Positions 51,682 to 60,469 of a DNA stretch of 64,000 nucleotides are shown piece by piece; position 1 is the stretch's first letter; every line of letters starts with the position of its first letter. A program made the position numbers and the translations under genes. Below the pieces are notes generated by a model that saw only the letters and a list, made by a program, of their open reading frames with translations, was not told the origin of the DNA and searched no databases. The stretch lies in contig JANQMA010000017.1 of the NCBI GenBank assembly GCA_028280285.1, forward strand, positions 993-64,992. Reading direction: 5' to 3'. Origin of the DNA: Candidatus Omnitrophota bacterium (lineage in GTDB: Bacteria > Omnitrophota > Gorgyraeia > Zapsychrales > Zapsychraceae).

Positions 51682-52956
51682 ATGGGTAAAAGTTTTAGTT
51701 TACCAAGAGGAACCGCCGATATTCTTCCATCTGATATTACCGCTTGGCGGTATTTGGAGTCTAGCGCGCGTCAATTTTTCTCTGTTTACAATTACAAGGA
51801 AATCAGGACACCCAACTTTGAGGAAACCGAGCTGTTTGCCCGCTCCATGGGACAGAGTAGCGATGTTGTGCAAAAGCAGATTCTGTCGCTTCGGTCCCAA
51901 AAGGCTGATGCCGCTGAAGACAGCGGGTTGGCGCTCAGACCCGAAGGCACGGCGTCTGTGGTCCGTTCCTATATCCAGAATAATGTGGACCGCAAGGAGT
52001 CTTTAAGTAAATATTTCTATATCGGGCCGATGTTTCGCGGTGAACGTCCGCAAAAGGGGCGCTTGCGCCAGTTTCATCAAATGGGTGTTGAGGCGATCGG
52101 GCCTGATTCAGCCTCTCCTTATCTGGATGCCGAGGTTATTGCCCTGGCGGTTAATCTGCTTAAAGGTTTGGGTCTTAAAGGGTTTACACTTAAGATCAAT
52201 ACATTAGGCTCAAAAGAAGATAAAGAGGCCTTTTCTAAGAAATTAAGAGAAGATTTAAAGCCGCATTTGGCCAAATTGTCCGATGAGTCCAAGCAGCGTT
52301 ATGAACGTAATGTTTTTCGTATCTTAGACAGCAAATCTAAAGAAGATAAAGCAATTGTAAAGAACTTAAAGCTTGATCATTCGTATCTTTCCAAAGAAAG
52401 TTTGGATTATTACACCAAGGTCAAAGAAAATTTAACGGCGCTGGGTGTTGCGTTTGAAGAATCGGTTGATTTGGTACGCGGACTTGATTATTACACGCAT
52501 ACAGTGTTTGAAATTTGTGATTCGTCACTTGGTGCGCAGGATGCGCTTGGAGCCGGCGGGCGTTACGGGACGCTGGTTGCGCAGCTTGGCGGCAGCGATA
52601 ATGTGGAAGCGATCGGTTTTGCGCTTGGCATGGAGCGAATACTGCTTGCTTTGGGCAAAGTGGATATTAAGCAAAGTGCACTAGATACCTTTGTGATCGC
52701 CATGGATGATGCAGCGGTGTCCTATGCCTTTCATGTATTAAATAAATTGCGTGCAAGCAATATCAGTGCCGATATGCATTTTAAAGGCGGTTCGGCGAAA
52801 AGCCAGATGCGAATCGCTAATAAGTCCGGCGCACGTTTTACAGTGATTATCGGTGCACAAGAAGTTCAAAATAAAACCGTAACCTTGAAGGATATGGATT
52901 CGGGGGAGCAGGAAGAACTCGCGCTACAGGAAGCGATAAGTAAAATAAAAAGTTAA
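51682..52956 (+). CDS. hisS: histidine--tRNA ligase
   Basis: LRPEGTA, FRGERPQKGRLRQFHQ, LVRGLDYY, GGRY. Confidence 0.97.
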   Translation: MGKSFSLPRGTADILPSDITAWRYLESSARQFFSVYNYKEIRTPNFEETELFARSMGQSSDVVQKQILSLRSQKADAAEDSGLALRPEGTASVVRSYIQNNVDRKESLSKYFYIGPMFRGERPQKGRLRQFHQMGVEAIGPDSASPYLDAEVIALAVNLLKGLGLKGFTLKINTLGSKEDKEAFSKKLREDLKPHLAKLSDESKQRYERNVFRILDSKSKEDKAIVKNLKLDHSYLSKESLDYYTKVKENLTALGVAFEESVDLVRGLDYYTHTVFEICDSSLGAQDALGAGGRYGTLVAQLGGSDNVEAIGFALGMERILLALGKVDIKQSALDTFVIAMDDAAVSYAFHVLNKLRASNISADMHFKGGSAKSQMRIANKSGARFTVIIGAQEVQNKTVTLKDMDSGEQEELALQEAISKIKS

Positions 52957-53222
52957 AAGTAAAAATTAAAAAAGAAAATTTAAAATTTAAAGAAACTGAG
53001 AAATAAAAAATAAATTAAAAATTGTATTTGGTAATTGGTATTTAGTAATTGGAGGTTAATGATTTATAAATTAGTTTCATAACGAAAACATGATTTCGAA
53101 AAATTCTATTTCAATGCTTTTATTAACTAATTACCAATTACTAACGACCAAATACAATTTTAATTTTTAAATTTATTTAACTTTTAAATTTTCTTTTTTA
53201 ATTTTTATTTCTCATTTTTAAA
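52941..53222. repeat. nested periodic IRs: A-rich/T-rich outer arms around TTGGTA/TACCAA inner arms
   Basis: Perfect 25-bp IR at 52961-52985/53182-53206; inner arms at 53021-53051 and 53127-53158. Confidence 0.85.
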
Positions 53223-53246
53223 TTATTTAGAGAGGATTCAAGTAAG

Positions 53247-54635
53247 ATGTTAAGAACACACACCTGTGGAGAACTAAGAAAAGAACACGCCGATCAAGAG
53301 GTTACTTTGTGCGGATGGGTTGACGGACGCCGTGATCATGGAAAATTGATCTTTATTGATATCCGTGACCGATATGGCAAAACACAAGTGGTGTTTGTCC
53401 CGGCTGTCAGTAAAGAAGCGCACGCGGTGGCCGAAAAGTTAGGCCCTGAATATGTGGTGAAGATCACCGGTAAGGTTGTGGCGCGTCCGGACAAGCTAGT
53501 GAATAAAGACTTATCAACAGGCGAAGTTGAACTTTGCGCCGAAGGTTTAGAAATTCTAAATGAAAGTAAAACGCCGGTTTTTGAAATCAATGATGATGTT
53601 GATGTCGGTGAAGAACACCGCTTGACCTATCGCTATTTGGATTTGCGTCGTTCGAAAGTATTACAAGCATTAGAATTGCGTCACAGACTATGCGCTGCGA
53701 TTCACACATTTCTTGATCAAGAAGGATTTTTTGAAATTGAAACACCGGTTTTAACCAAATCAACGCCGGAAGGCGCGCGCGACTTTTTGGTGCCGGCCCG
53801 TCTCAATCCGGGCAGTTTTTATGCGCTGCCGCAGTCACCACAGCTTTTTAAACAAATGCTCATGGTTTCCGGTCTTGATAAATATTATCAAATTGTAAAG
53901 TGTTTCCGCGATGAGGACCTGCGGGCCGACCGTCAGCCGGAGTTCACACAGCTTGATATGGAGATGTCCTTTGTTAATGAAGAAGATATTTTTGATGTGA
54001 CTGAACGTATGTATAAGGCAATTTTTAAAGAAGTTAAGGGGATCGATATTCCGACGCCTTTCCCGCGCATGACGCATGCTGAGGCCATGGCCAAATACAA
54101 TTCCGATAAACCGGATTTACGCAAAGACACAAACGATGTCAATGAGTTTGCCTTTGTTTGGATTACGGAGTTTCCGATGTTTTTTAAAGACGAGGATTCC
54201 GGCCGCTGGGTGAGCGAGCATCATCCGTTTACGTCTCCTTCGGTTGAGGATATCGCAGAACTGGATCGCGAGGATAAAAGCAATATTCCGTCACGCGCTT
54301 ATGATTTGGTACTTAATGGGAACGAGATTGGCAGTGGTTCGGTGCGTATTCATAAAAAAGAACTGCAGCAGAAAATATTTGATATAATAGGTCTCGATGG
54401 GGAAGAGGCCGAAAAACGTTTCGGCTTTCTCTTAAGAGCATTTGAATACGGTGCTCCGCCGCATGCGGGTGTTGCTTACGGGGTCGACAGACTCGTTGCG
54501 ATTTTATCAGGCCTTGATTCGATCCGGGATACGATTGCTTTTCCAAAGACGCAAAAGGGAAGCTGTTTGGTAACTGATGCGCCGAGTGATGTGGATGGCG
54601 GACAATTAAAAGATCTTGGGTTAAGAACGTTATAA
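53247..54635 (+). CDS. aspS: aspartate--tRNA ligase, bacterial type, lacking the GAD domain
   Basis: RTHTCGELR, STPEGARDF, LPQSPQLFKQ, FRDEDLRADRQPEF, GAPPHAG; 462 aa. Confidence 0.96.
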   Translation: MLRTHTCGELRKEHADQEVTLCGWVDGRRDHGKLIFIDIRDRYGKTQVVFVPAVSKEAHAVAEKLGPEYVVKITGKVVARPDKLVNKDLSTGEVELCAEGLEILNESKTPVFEINDDVDVGEEHRLTYRYLDLRRSKVLQALELRHRLCAAIHTFLDQEGFFEIETPVLTKSTPEGARDFLVPARLNPGSFYALPQSPQLFKQMLMVSGLDKYYQIVKCFRDEDLRADRQPEFTQLDMEMSFVNEEDIFDVTERMYKAIFKEVKGIDIPTPFPRMTHAEAMAKYNSDKPDLRKDTNDVNEFAFVWITEFPMFFKDEDSGRWVSEHHPFTSPSVEDIAELDREDKSNIPSRAYDLVLNGNEIGSGSVRIHKKELQQKIFDIIGLDGEEAEKRFGFLLRAFEYGAPPHAGVAYGVDRLVAILSGLDSIRDTIAFPKTQKGSCLVTDAPSDVDGGQLKDLGLRTL

Positions 54636-54840
54636 AAAGTGATAAAGTGATAAAGTGATAAAGTGGTAGAGTGATAAAAAGGTTAAAGGTTTTAGGTTAG
54701 AGGTGAAAATAAATTTTTATTTTAACCCTTCACCTTCAACCTTTAACCAACAGTATTATTTTGATCTTTATTGTTTTTAAATTTTTTACTAGCACTTTAT
54801 CACCAATTGTTACTTTACTTATGAGTATCACTCTATCACT
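54636..54840. repeat. nested periodic IRs: octamer AAAGTGAT/ATCACT outer arms around heptamer AGGTT/AACCT inner arms
   Basis: Outer arms 54636-54676 and 54786-54840; inner arms 54678-54706 and 54722-54748. Confidence 0.85.
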
Positions 54841-54873
54841 AATCATTGTTTATTATTCAATAAGGAGCTCACT

Positions 54874-55455
54874 ATGCGGAATAAATTTTTTTTACTGCTA
54901 ATATCTATTGTGTGTATAGGTGCTTTAGCGCAGGGATGTAGTTATGTGCGCGAAGATACAGAGGTGAAACATTATCTGCAAGATAAAAAGCGTGTCGATT
55001 TAGGGATGCACGGCAATGCCGGCTATCTTCAGGGGCGACCGGCTGAAGTGTCCGGTCCGACCAAAGATACACGTAAAGTATATGTGGTTGAATTCACCAA
55101 GCCTGGCCCTGATTTAGGTTTGGACGAAGACGGCACGGTCACAAAAACAACGGTTGTTGATGATGGTGTAACTCAGGAAACAGAGGTGCGCGTGGTGGAC
55201 AGCCGTCCGAAAGTTAATATTCCGACCTTTGAAGACGAAGAAACGCCTTGGGGGATGGAAGATGATGAAATGAACGAGATTGTGAACTTTACCGAATACA
55301 CCGTCGAGAAAAACGATACCTTGCAGAAAATATCCAAAAAATTCTACAACTCCTACAGTAAATGGCCGAAAATTTATGATGTCAATCGTGAGGTCATCAA
55401 AGATCCGAATTTTGTTAAACCCGGAACAGTAATTAAAATACCTGATATTCAATAA
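54874..55455 (+). CDS. LysM-domain lipoprotein
   Basis: Lipobox AQGC; C-terminal YTVEKNDTLQKISKKFY...IYDVN...PGTVIKIP. Confidence 0.88.
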   Translation: MRNKFFLLLISIVCIGALAQGCSYVREDTEVKHYLQDKKRVDLGMHGNAGYLQGRPAEVSGPTKDTRKVYVVEFTKPGPDLGLDEDGTVTKTTVVDDGVTQETEVRVVDSRPKVNIPTFEDEETPWGMEDDEMNEIVNFTEYTVEKNDTLQKISKKFYNSYSKWPKIYDVNREVIKDPNFVKPGTVIKIPDIQ

Positions 55456-55457
55456 GC

Positions 55458-55513
55458 AGTTGCTCGTTGCTGGTTGCTCGTTGCTAGCAACTAGCATCAA
55501 GCAACTAGCAACT
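55458..55513. repeat. loopless heptamer-arm palindrome, GTTGCT/AGCAAC family
   Basis: A GTTGCTC GTTGCTG GTTGCTC GTTGCT|AGCAACT AGCATCA AGCAACT AGCAACT. Confidence 0.9.
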
Positions 55514-55523
55514 ATACATAAGC

Positions 55524-56471
55524 ATGAGCACATTAATTCAATTCGAAAGTAACAAAGACCTGCAGTCTATCTTTGGTCAGTTTGATAAAAATATTAAGCT
55601 TGTTGAAAAAGAGTTTGGTGTTGCTATTGTCCGCAAAGACACAGGTATCAAGATCAGCGGGGAAAAAGCTGATGTGGCCAACGCTACAAAACTTTTTGAA
55701 TATCTTCAAGATTTAATCGCCGATGGCTCAGGTATTAAATATCGCGATGTGGTGTATGCGATTAAGTTGTTTCAGTCTAAAGAACCGATTGATGTTCAAA
55801 AGCTTGCCAAAGGAAAAATCGAAGTTCCTATTCAAGGAACGCTTGTCACACCTAAAACAAAGGGACAGATTGAATACGTTGAAGCGATTAAGACCAATGA
55901 TATTGTCTTTGGCTGCGGACCGGCAGGGACAGGAAAGACGTATTTAGCTATGGCCATGGCGGTTAATGCCTTTAAGCGCGGGCTTGTGCGGCGTATTATT
56001 CTCACGCGTCCGGCGATTGAGGCCGGCGAAAGCCTTGGGTTCTTGCCGGGAGATATGGCCGAGAAGGTTTCGCCTTATGTGCGTCCACTGTATGATGCGC
56101 TCTATGACATGATGGATGCTGCGAAAGTTGAGGAGCTTACAGAAAAGGGTATTATTGAAGTTGCCCCGCTTGCTTTTATGCGCGGACGGACGCTTAATGA
56201 TGCCTTTGTGGTCCTTGATGAGGCGCAAAACTCAACACCGTTTCAGATGAAGATGTTTTTAACACGTCTCGGGTTTGATTCTAAAACAGTTATTACCGGG
56301 GATGTGACCCAAAGTGATTTGCCTAAAGGCACACCGAACGGCCTGGAAGATGCCTGCCGTATTCTAAAAAACATGGAAGGTATTCAATTTATTGAATTGA
56401 CCGGCGAGGATGTTGTCCGCCATGAGCTTGTCCAACGCATAATTGAGGCTTATGAACATGACGACAGTTGA
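55524..56471 (+). CDS. phoH: PhoH-family ATPase (YbeZ-like)
   Basis: GPAGTGKTYLA, RPAIEAGESLGFLPG, RGRTL, DEAQN. Confidence 0.95.
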   Translation: MSTLIQFESNKDLQSIFGQFDKNIKLVEKEFGVAIVRKDTGIKISGEKADVANATKLFEYLQDLIADGSGIKYRDVVYAIKLFQSKEPIDVQKLAKGKIEVPIQGTLVTPKTKGQIEYVEAIKTNDIVFGCGPAGTGKTYLAMAMAVNAFKRGLVRRIILTRPAIEAGESLGFLPGDMAEKVSPYVRPLYDALYDMMDAAKVEELTEKGIIEVAPLAFMRGRTLNDAFVVLDEAQNSTPFQMKMFLTRLGFDSKTVITGDVTQSDLPKGTPNGLEDACRILKNMEGIQFIELTGEDVVRHELVQRIIEAYEHDDS

Positions 56472-57900
56472 GACCACCAAATCACATGAGCAAATAACAA
56501 GATACGTGACAGCCACCTTTTTAGGAATTTTGTTTGTTGCTTTTTGTTATTTGATGAACTACTCATTAATACTTCCGTTGTTGGTCATACTGATGGGCGC
56601 TCATTTGCGTCTTTCGCGTAATATCAATTCGCGTATGCTGCTTAATCTTGGCTTATTATTCATGGTCATTGTGGCACTCGCGTATTTCATACAATATAAA
56701 TTTCCCAACACAACATTTGTGATCCCTGTTGCCAGTATTGGTATGTTAACGATGCTTTTATTTAATAGCTATCGATTAACATTGATTATGTCATTTGTGA
56801 CGAGTGTGTTTGTCGGCAATATGCTCGATGGTGGTTTTGGCATGATGATTATGTTTTTTTCTGGCGCTATGGTCGGTGGATATGCCGTTTATGAAGCACG
56901 GACACGAGGGCAGTTATTTACAGCGGGGCTTTTTGCCAGTGCAATACAAACTATTGCTTTAATTTTGATGTACCCTGACTCACAGAAAATTCTAGCCGGG
57001 GAGTTTATGAGTGAATATCTTTATCCGACTGTTGCCAATGGTTTTCTTTCTGCGCTTTTTGTTGTTGCGACACTAAAAATATTTGAGTCAATTTGTGGCG
57101 TTTTGACGAACTTCAGCTTGCTGGAATTATCCGACTTTAATAATCCGCTTCTTAAACGTATGATTATGGAGGCGCCGGGCACCTATCATCACAGTTTGGT
57201 TGTCAGTAACCTAGCCGAGGCTGCGTCGAATGAGATCGGGGCGAATGGACTTTTGACGCGTGTAGGTGCGTACTATCATGATATCGGCAAAATGTCGAAG
57301 CCTGAATACTTCACGGAAAATCAATTGATGGGCGGCAATAAACATGATGCGATTGAACCATCGATGAGCCGATTGGTTATTATTAATCATGTGAAAGAAG
57401 GAATTGAACTTGCTAAGAAGCATAAGTTAAATCAGGCTATCATTGATTTTATTCCGCAGCATCACGGGACATCGCTTATTTTCTATTTTCATCAAAAGGC
57501 GATTGAAGGGGCCGGTGATGTGCGTGAAGTTGATGAGGAAAATTACCGTTATCCCGGACCTAAACCGCAGACACGTGAGACCGCGATCACACTTTTGGCG
57601 GATTCGGTGGAAGGGGCCACGCGCGCGCTTGATGAGCATACACCAAGCAGTATTCAAGAGACAGTGCAGAAGGTTATCAATAATAAATTTATCGACGGGC
57701 AGCTGGATGAATGTCCACTGACACTCAAGGAAATTGACCGGATTGCTAAAACATTTACCCGCATCTTAAGCGCGATGTATCACGGACGCGTTAAATATCC
57801 TGAAAAGAAAAAAGAGAATGGACATTCAAATAGAAAATCTTCAGAAAAAGATAATTCTGAAACCAATTCCGATCAAGAACCTGGTCCAAACGGTTCTTAA
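56452..57900 (+). CDS. 7TM-HDIG phosphohydrolase (PgpH-like)
   Basis: Multiple TMs, APGTYHHS, YYHDIGK, QHHGT, YPGPKP, LADSVE. Confidence 0.92.
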   Translation: MNMTTVETTKSHEQITRYVTATFLGILFVAFCYLMNYSLILPLLVILMGAHLRLSRNINSRMLLNLGLLFMVIVALAYFIQYKFPNTTFVIPVASIGMLTMLLFNSYRLTLIMSFVTSVFVGNMLDGGFGMMIMFFSGAMVGGYAVYEARTRGQLFTAGLFASAIQTIALILMYPDSQKILAGEFMSEYLYPTVANGFLSALFVVATLKIFESICGVLTNFSLLELSDFNNPLLKRMIMEAPGTYHHSLVVSNLAEAASNEIGANGLLTRVGAYYHDIGKMSKPEYFTENQLMGGNKHDAIEPSMSRLVIINHVKEGIELAKKHKLNQAIIDFIPQHHGTSLIFYFHQKAIEGAGDVREVDEENYRYPGPKPQTRETAITLLADSVEGATRALDEHTPSSIQETVQKVINNKFIDGQLDECPLTLKEIDRIAKTFTRILSAMYHGRVKYPEKKKENGHSNRKSSEKDNSETNSDQEPGPNGS

Positions 57901-58318
57901 AGGCGAAGGGATAAAAAGCGCTGCGCTTGATCTTGCCTTCGTTACCGCACAAAAGATACGTTCGATTAATAGCAAATATTTAAATCATCATTATGTGACG
58001 GATGTTATTACGTTTGATTACGGTGGTCCGTGGTCTGTGGTCCGTGGTCGGAGTCCTAAAATTAATACACAGAAAACAGACCACAGAAAACAGACCACTT
58101 TAAATGGTGAAATTATTATTTCCACCGATGCGGTCAGGCAGAATGCGCGCAAGTTTAAAACCAGTGAGGCATATGAGCTTGCGCTTTATCTCGTGCATGG
58201 CATTTTGCATTTGTTGGGGTATGATGATAAGACAGTGAAAGATAAGGCGGTCATGCGTGAGGCGGAGGAGAGGGTAATGGGGTATTTGGGTAAAAAAATA
58301 GATAAGGTAAACGCATGA
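57818..58318 (+). CDS. ybeY: rRNA maturation endoribonuclease YbeY with an in-frame repeat insertion
   Basis: TDVITF, GEIIIS, HGILHLLGYDD. Confidence 0.92.
   Translation: MDIQIENLQKKIILKPIPIKNLVQTVLKGEGIKSAALDLAFVTAQKIRSINSKYLNHHYVTDVITFDYGGPWSVVRGRSPKINTQKTDHRKQTTLNGEIIISTDAVRQNARKFKTSEAYELALYLVHGILHLLGYDDKTVKDKAVMREAEERVMGYLGKKIDKVNA
58023..58098. repeat. in-frame heptamer-arm IR (GTGGTC family) inside ybeY
   Basis: GTGGTCC GTGGTCT GTGGTCC GTGGTCG ... ACACAGA AAACAGA CCACAGA AAACAGA CCAC. Confidence 0.9.
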
Positions 58319-59055
58319 TCATCACCACCCAAGGCATTGTCCTTAAATCATTCGACTTTCGTGAAACGAGTAGGATTGCGACGCTTTTTTCTAAAGACTA
58401 CGGCAAGGTCAGTGGTATCCTTAAAGGTATACGGACGGATCCGCGTAAATTCGGAAGTTCTTTAGATAAATTTTCGCTCAATGATTTTGTCTATTACAAA
58501 TACAGCCGTACAGATTTGCATCTCATCAGTCAGTGTGATTTGAAGCAATTTTATTTTCCGATCCGTCAGGATTACAAGCGTAATCTGGCTGCCAATTATG
58601 CTGTCGAGCTCATTGATGTTGTGATGCCGCAGGAACAGGCTAATAGCGATATTTTTAAGCTCTTACTTAATTATCTTGAGTCACTTGAAAGTGTTGAGGA
58701 TATCGATAAGCTGGTTCATATTTTCCAAATTAAGATGTTGGTGTTGTCAGGCTTTCGCCCGCATTTAGATTCCTGTGTCAAAACAGGCCAAATGATTAAG
58801 GGCAAAGCCAAGTTTGATTTGCGTTCCGGTGGGCTGGTGAGTATGGATTATCCCTTAGAGGACGAAGATTGTGCGGTTATCTCTAAAGGGGCGGTATCAT
58901 CACTCCTTTTTATTGAACAAAATACGTGGGAAAAGAGTTTGCGTTTGGCTTTAACCCAGCAGGTTAAAAAAGAACTTAAGTATGTGCTGAATAATTTTTT
59001 GGTGTTTCATTTGGAGCGCAAGATTAAATCGGCACGTTTGTTGCAGGGAACATGA
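58315..59055 (+). CDS. recO: DNA repair protein RecO
   Basis: TQGIVLKS.DFRETSRI..LFSKDYGKV, SGFRPHLDSCV; typical gene context. Confidence 0.92.
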   Translation: MIITTQGIVLKSFDFRETSRIATLFSKDYGKVSGILKGIRTDPRKFGSSLDKFSLNDFVYYKYSRTDLHLISQCDLKQFYFPIRQDYKRNLAANYAVELIDVVMPQEQANSDIFKLLLNYLESLESVEDIDKLVHIFQIKMLVLSGFRPHLDSCVKTGQMIKGKAKFDLRSGGLVSMDYPLEDEDCAVISKGAVSSLLFIEQNTWEKSLRLALTQQVKKELKYVLNNFLVFHLERKIKSARLLQGT

Positions 59056-59063
59056 TAAATTTT

Positions 59064-59135
59064 GGGCCGACACATTGGTCGGCCCGTACGGGATAATGAT
59101 GATAAAAATGTAGGGGCGGAGCAATGTCTCCGCCC
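59064..59135. repeat. pair of GTAG-family REP palindromes
   Basis: GGGCCGAC-ACATTG-GTCGGCCC-GTAC and GTAG-GGGCGGAG-CAATGT-CTCCGCCC. Confidence 0.8.
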
Positions 59136-59148
59136 AAAAGGGTATTGT

Positions 59149-59598
59149 ATGAAAATCATCATTCAACGCGTCAAACAGGCCCAAGTCGATGTCGACGGGA
59201 AAACCGTCGGTCAAATCGGGGGCGGGGTGCTTGTTTTTTTAGGGGTAGCGCAAAACGATACCCAAGACGATGCCGACTATCTTGTGCGTAAAGTTTCTGA
59301 GTTGCGTATGTTTGAAGATGATGAAGGTAAGATGAACTTATCGGCTCTTGATAAGAAAAGTGAATTTCTGATTATTTCCCAGTTCACCCTTTACGGTAAT
59401 TGCGATAAAGGCAGACGTCCGAGTTTTAATGACGCCGCCAAGCCTGATATTGCCATTCCATTGTATGAATATTTTGTTAAGCAATTGCGCGGATTAGATG
59501 TGAAAGTCGAAACCGGTGAGTTTCAAGCGATGATGGATGTTAAGCTTGTGAATGACGGGCCGGTTACGTTTATTATTGAGAGCAAGAGGGATAAATAA
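59149..59598 (+). CDS. dtd: D-aminoacyl-tRNA deacylase
   Basis: IQRV, SQFTL, GRRPSF, NDGPVT; start placed at ATG 59149. Confidence 0.96.
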   Translation: MKIIIQRVKQAQVDVDGKTVGQIGGGVLVFLGVAQNDTQDDADYLVRKVSELRMFEDDEGKMNLSALDKKSEFLIISQFTLYGNCDKGRRPSFNDAAKPDIAIPLYEYFVKQLRGLDVKVETGEFQAMMDVKLVNDGPVTFIIESKRDK

Positions 59599-59607
59599 AA
59601 TTATCAC

Positions 59608-59673
59608 GTAGGGGCGGCTCGTGAGCCGCCCTAAAATGTCGATGAATTAGGGTCGCTCACGAGCGCCCCCTAC
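59608..59673. repeat. inverted GTAG-REP doublet (REPIN-like)
   Basis: GTAGGGGCGGCTCGTGAGCCGCCC ... GGGTCGCTCACGAGCGCCCCCTAC. Confidence 0.85.
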
Positions 59674-59683
59674 AGGAATATTA

Positions 59684-60457
59684 ATGGGCATTATTGACAC
59701 CCATTGTCATTTGGACCAAATTGAGAATTTAGACGATGTTCTCCAACGGGCGACAGAGGCTAACGTTGAGGCCATTGTAGCGATTGCGATGAACCTTGAA
59801 TCGTCTAAAAATATTCTCGCTTTAAAAGAGAAGATTCAAACGCCGCAAATATGCATCGGCCTTGGCATGCATCCTGCCGAGACGAATCTTGACGAGCTCG
59901 ATGAACTGAAAACATTAATCTACGATAATAAGGATAGGCTTCATGCTATTGGTGAGATCGGCCTTGATTATTGGTACAAATGGGTGCGCAACGATGAGGC
60001 AAAAAAAGAAGAGCAGCGCAGGGCCTTTCGCGCACTTCTTGAAGTGGCACGTGATTTGGACCTTCCGGTGGTGGTTCACTCTCGAGGCGCCTGGCAAGAT
60101 GCGTATGATATGGTGTGTGATGTCGGTGTTAAAAAGTGCGTGTTTCATTGGTATGACGGATCTTTATCGGTTCTTCAAAATATTATGAAAGACGGTTATT
60201 TTGTTTCCACGACCCCTAATTTGGGTTACAATGCCAATGCGCAAGCAGCCATTAGCCAGGCGAATATCAAGCAGCTTTTAATCGAAACAGATTCTCCTGT
60301 TTATTTTTTGAACCGTAAGACGGATGAAGGATTTAAGGCCGAACCCAAAGAAGTCTGGCGCACGCTTAAGGCCTATGCCAATCTTAAAAACATAAATCAA
60401 CAAGAGGCGCTGGCCATTTTTAATGCCAATGCTAGATCGTTTTTTAATATTATTTAA
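59684..60457 (+). CDS. tatD: TatD-family hydrolase
   Basis: IDTHCHL, GMHP, IGEIGLDY, VHSR, FHW, IETDSP. Confidence 0.94.
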   Translation: MGIIDTHCHLDQIENLDDVLQRATEANVEAIVAIAMNLESSKNILALKEKIQTPQICIGLGMHPAETNLDELDELKTLIYDNKDRLHAIGEIGLDYWYKWVRNDEAKKEEQRRAFRALLEVARDLDLPVVVHSRGAWQDAYDMVCDVGVKKCVFHWYDGSLSVLQNIMKDGYFVSTTPNLGYNANAQAAISQANIKQLLIETDSPVYFLNRKTDEGFKAEPKEVWRTLKAYANLKNINQQEALAIFNANARSFFNII

Positions 60458-60469
60458 CCGGAGTACTGC

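Noticed and set aside
59062-59148. N-terminal extensions of dtd (and of cah 3611, guaA 36336, chrA 26372, ORF 15774) in the ORF track
   Set aside because: They run through REPs or upstream genes; downstream ATGs match family starts and/or SD sites.
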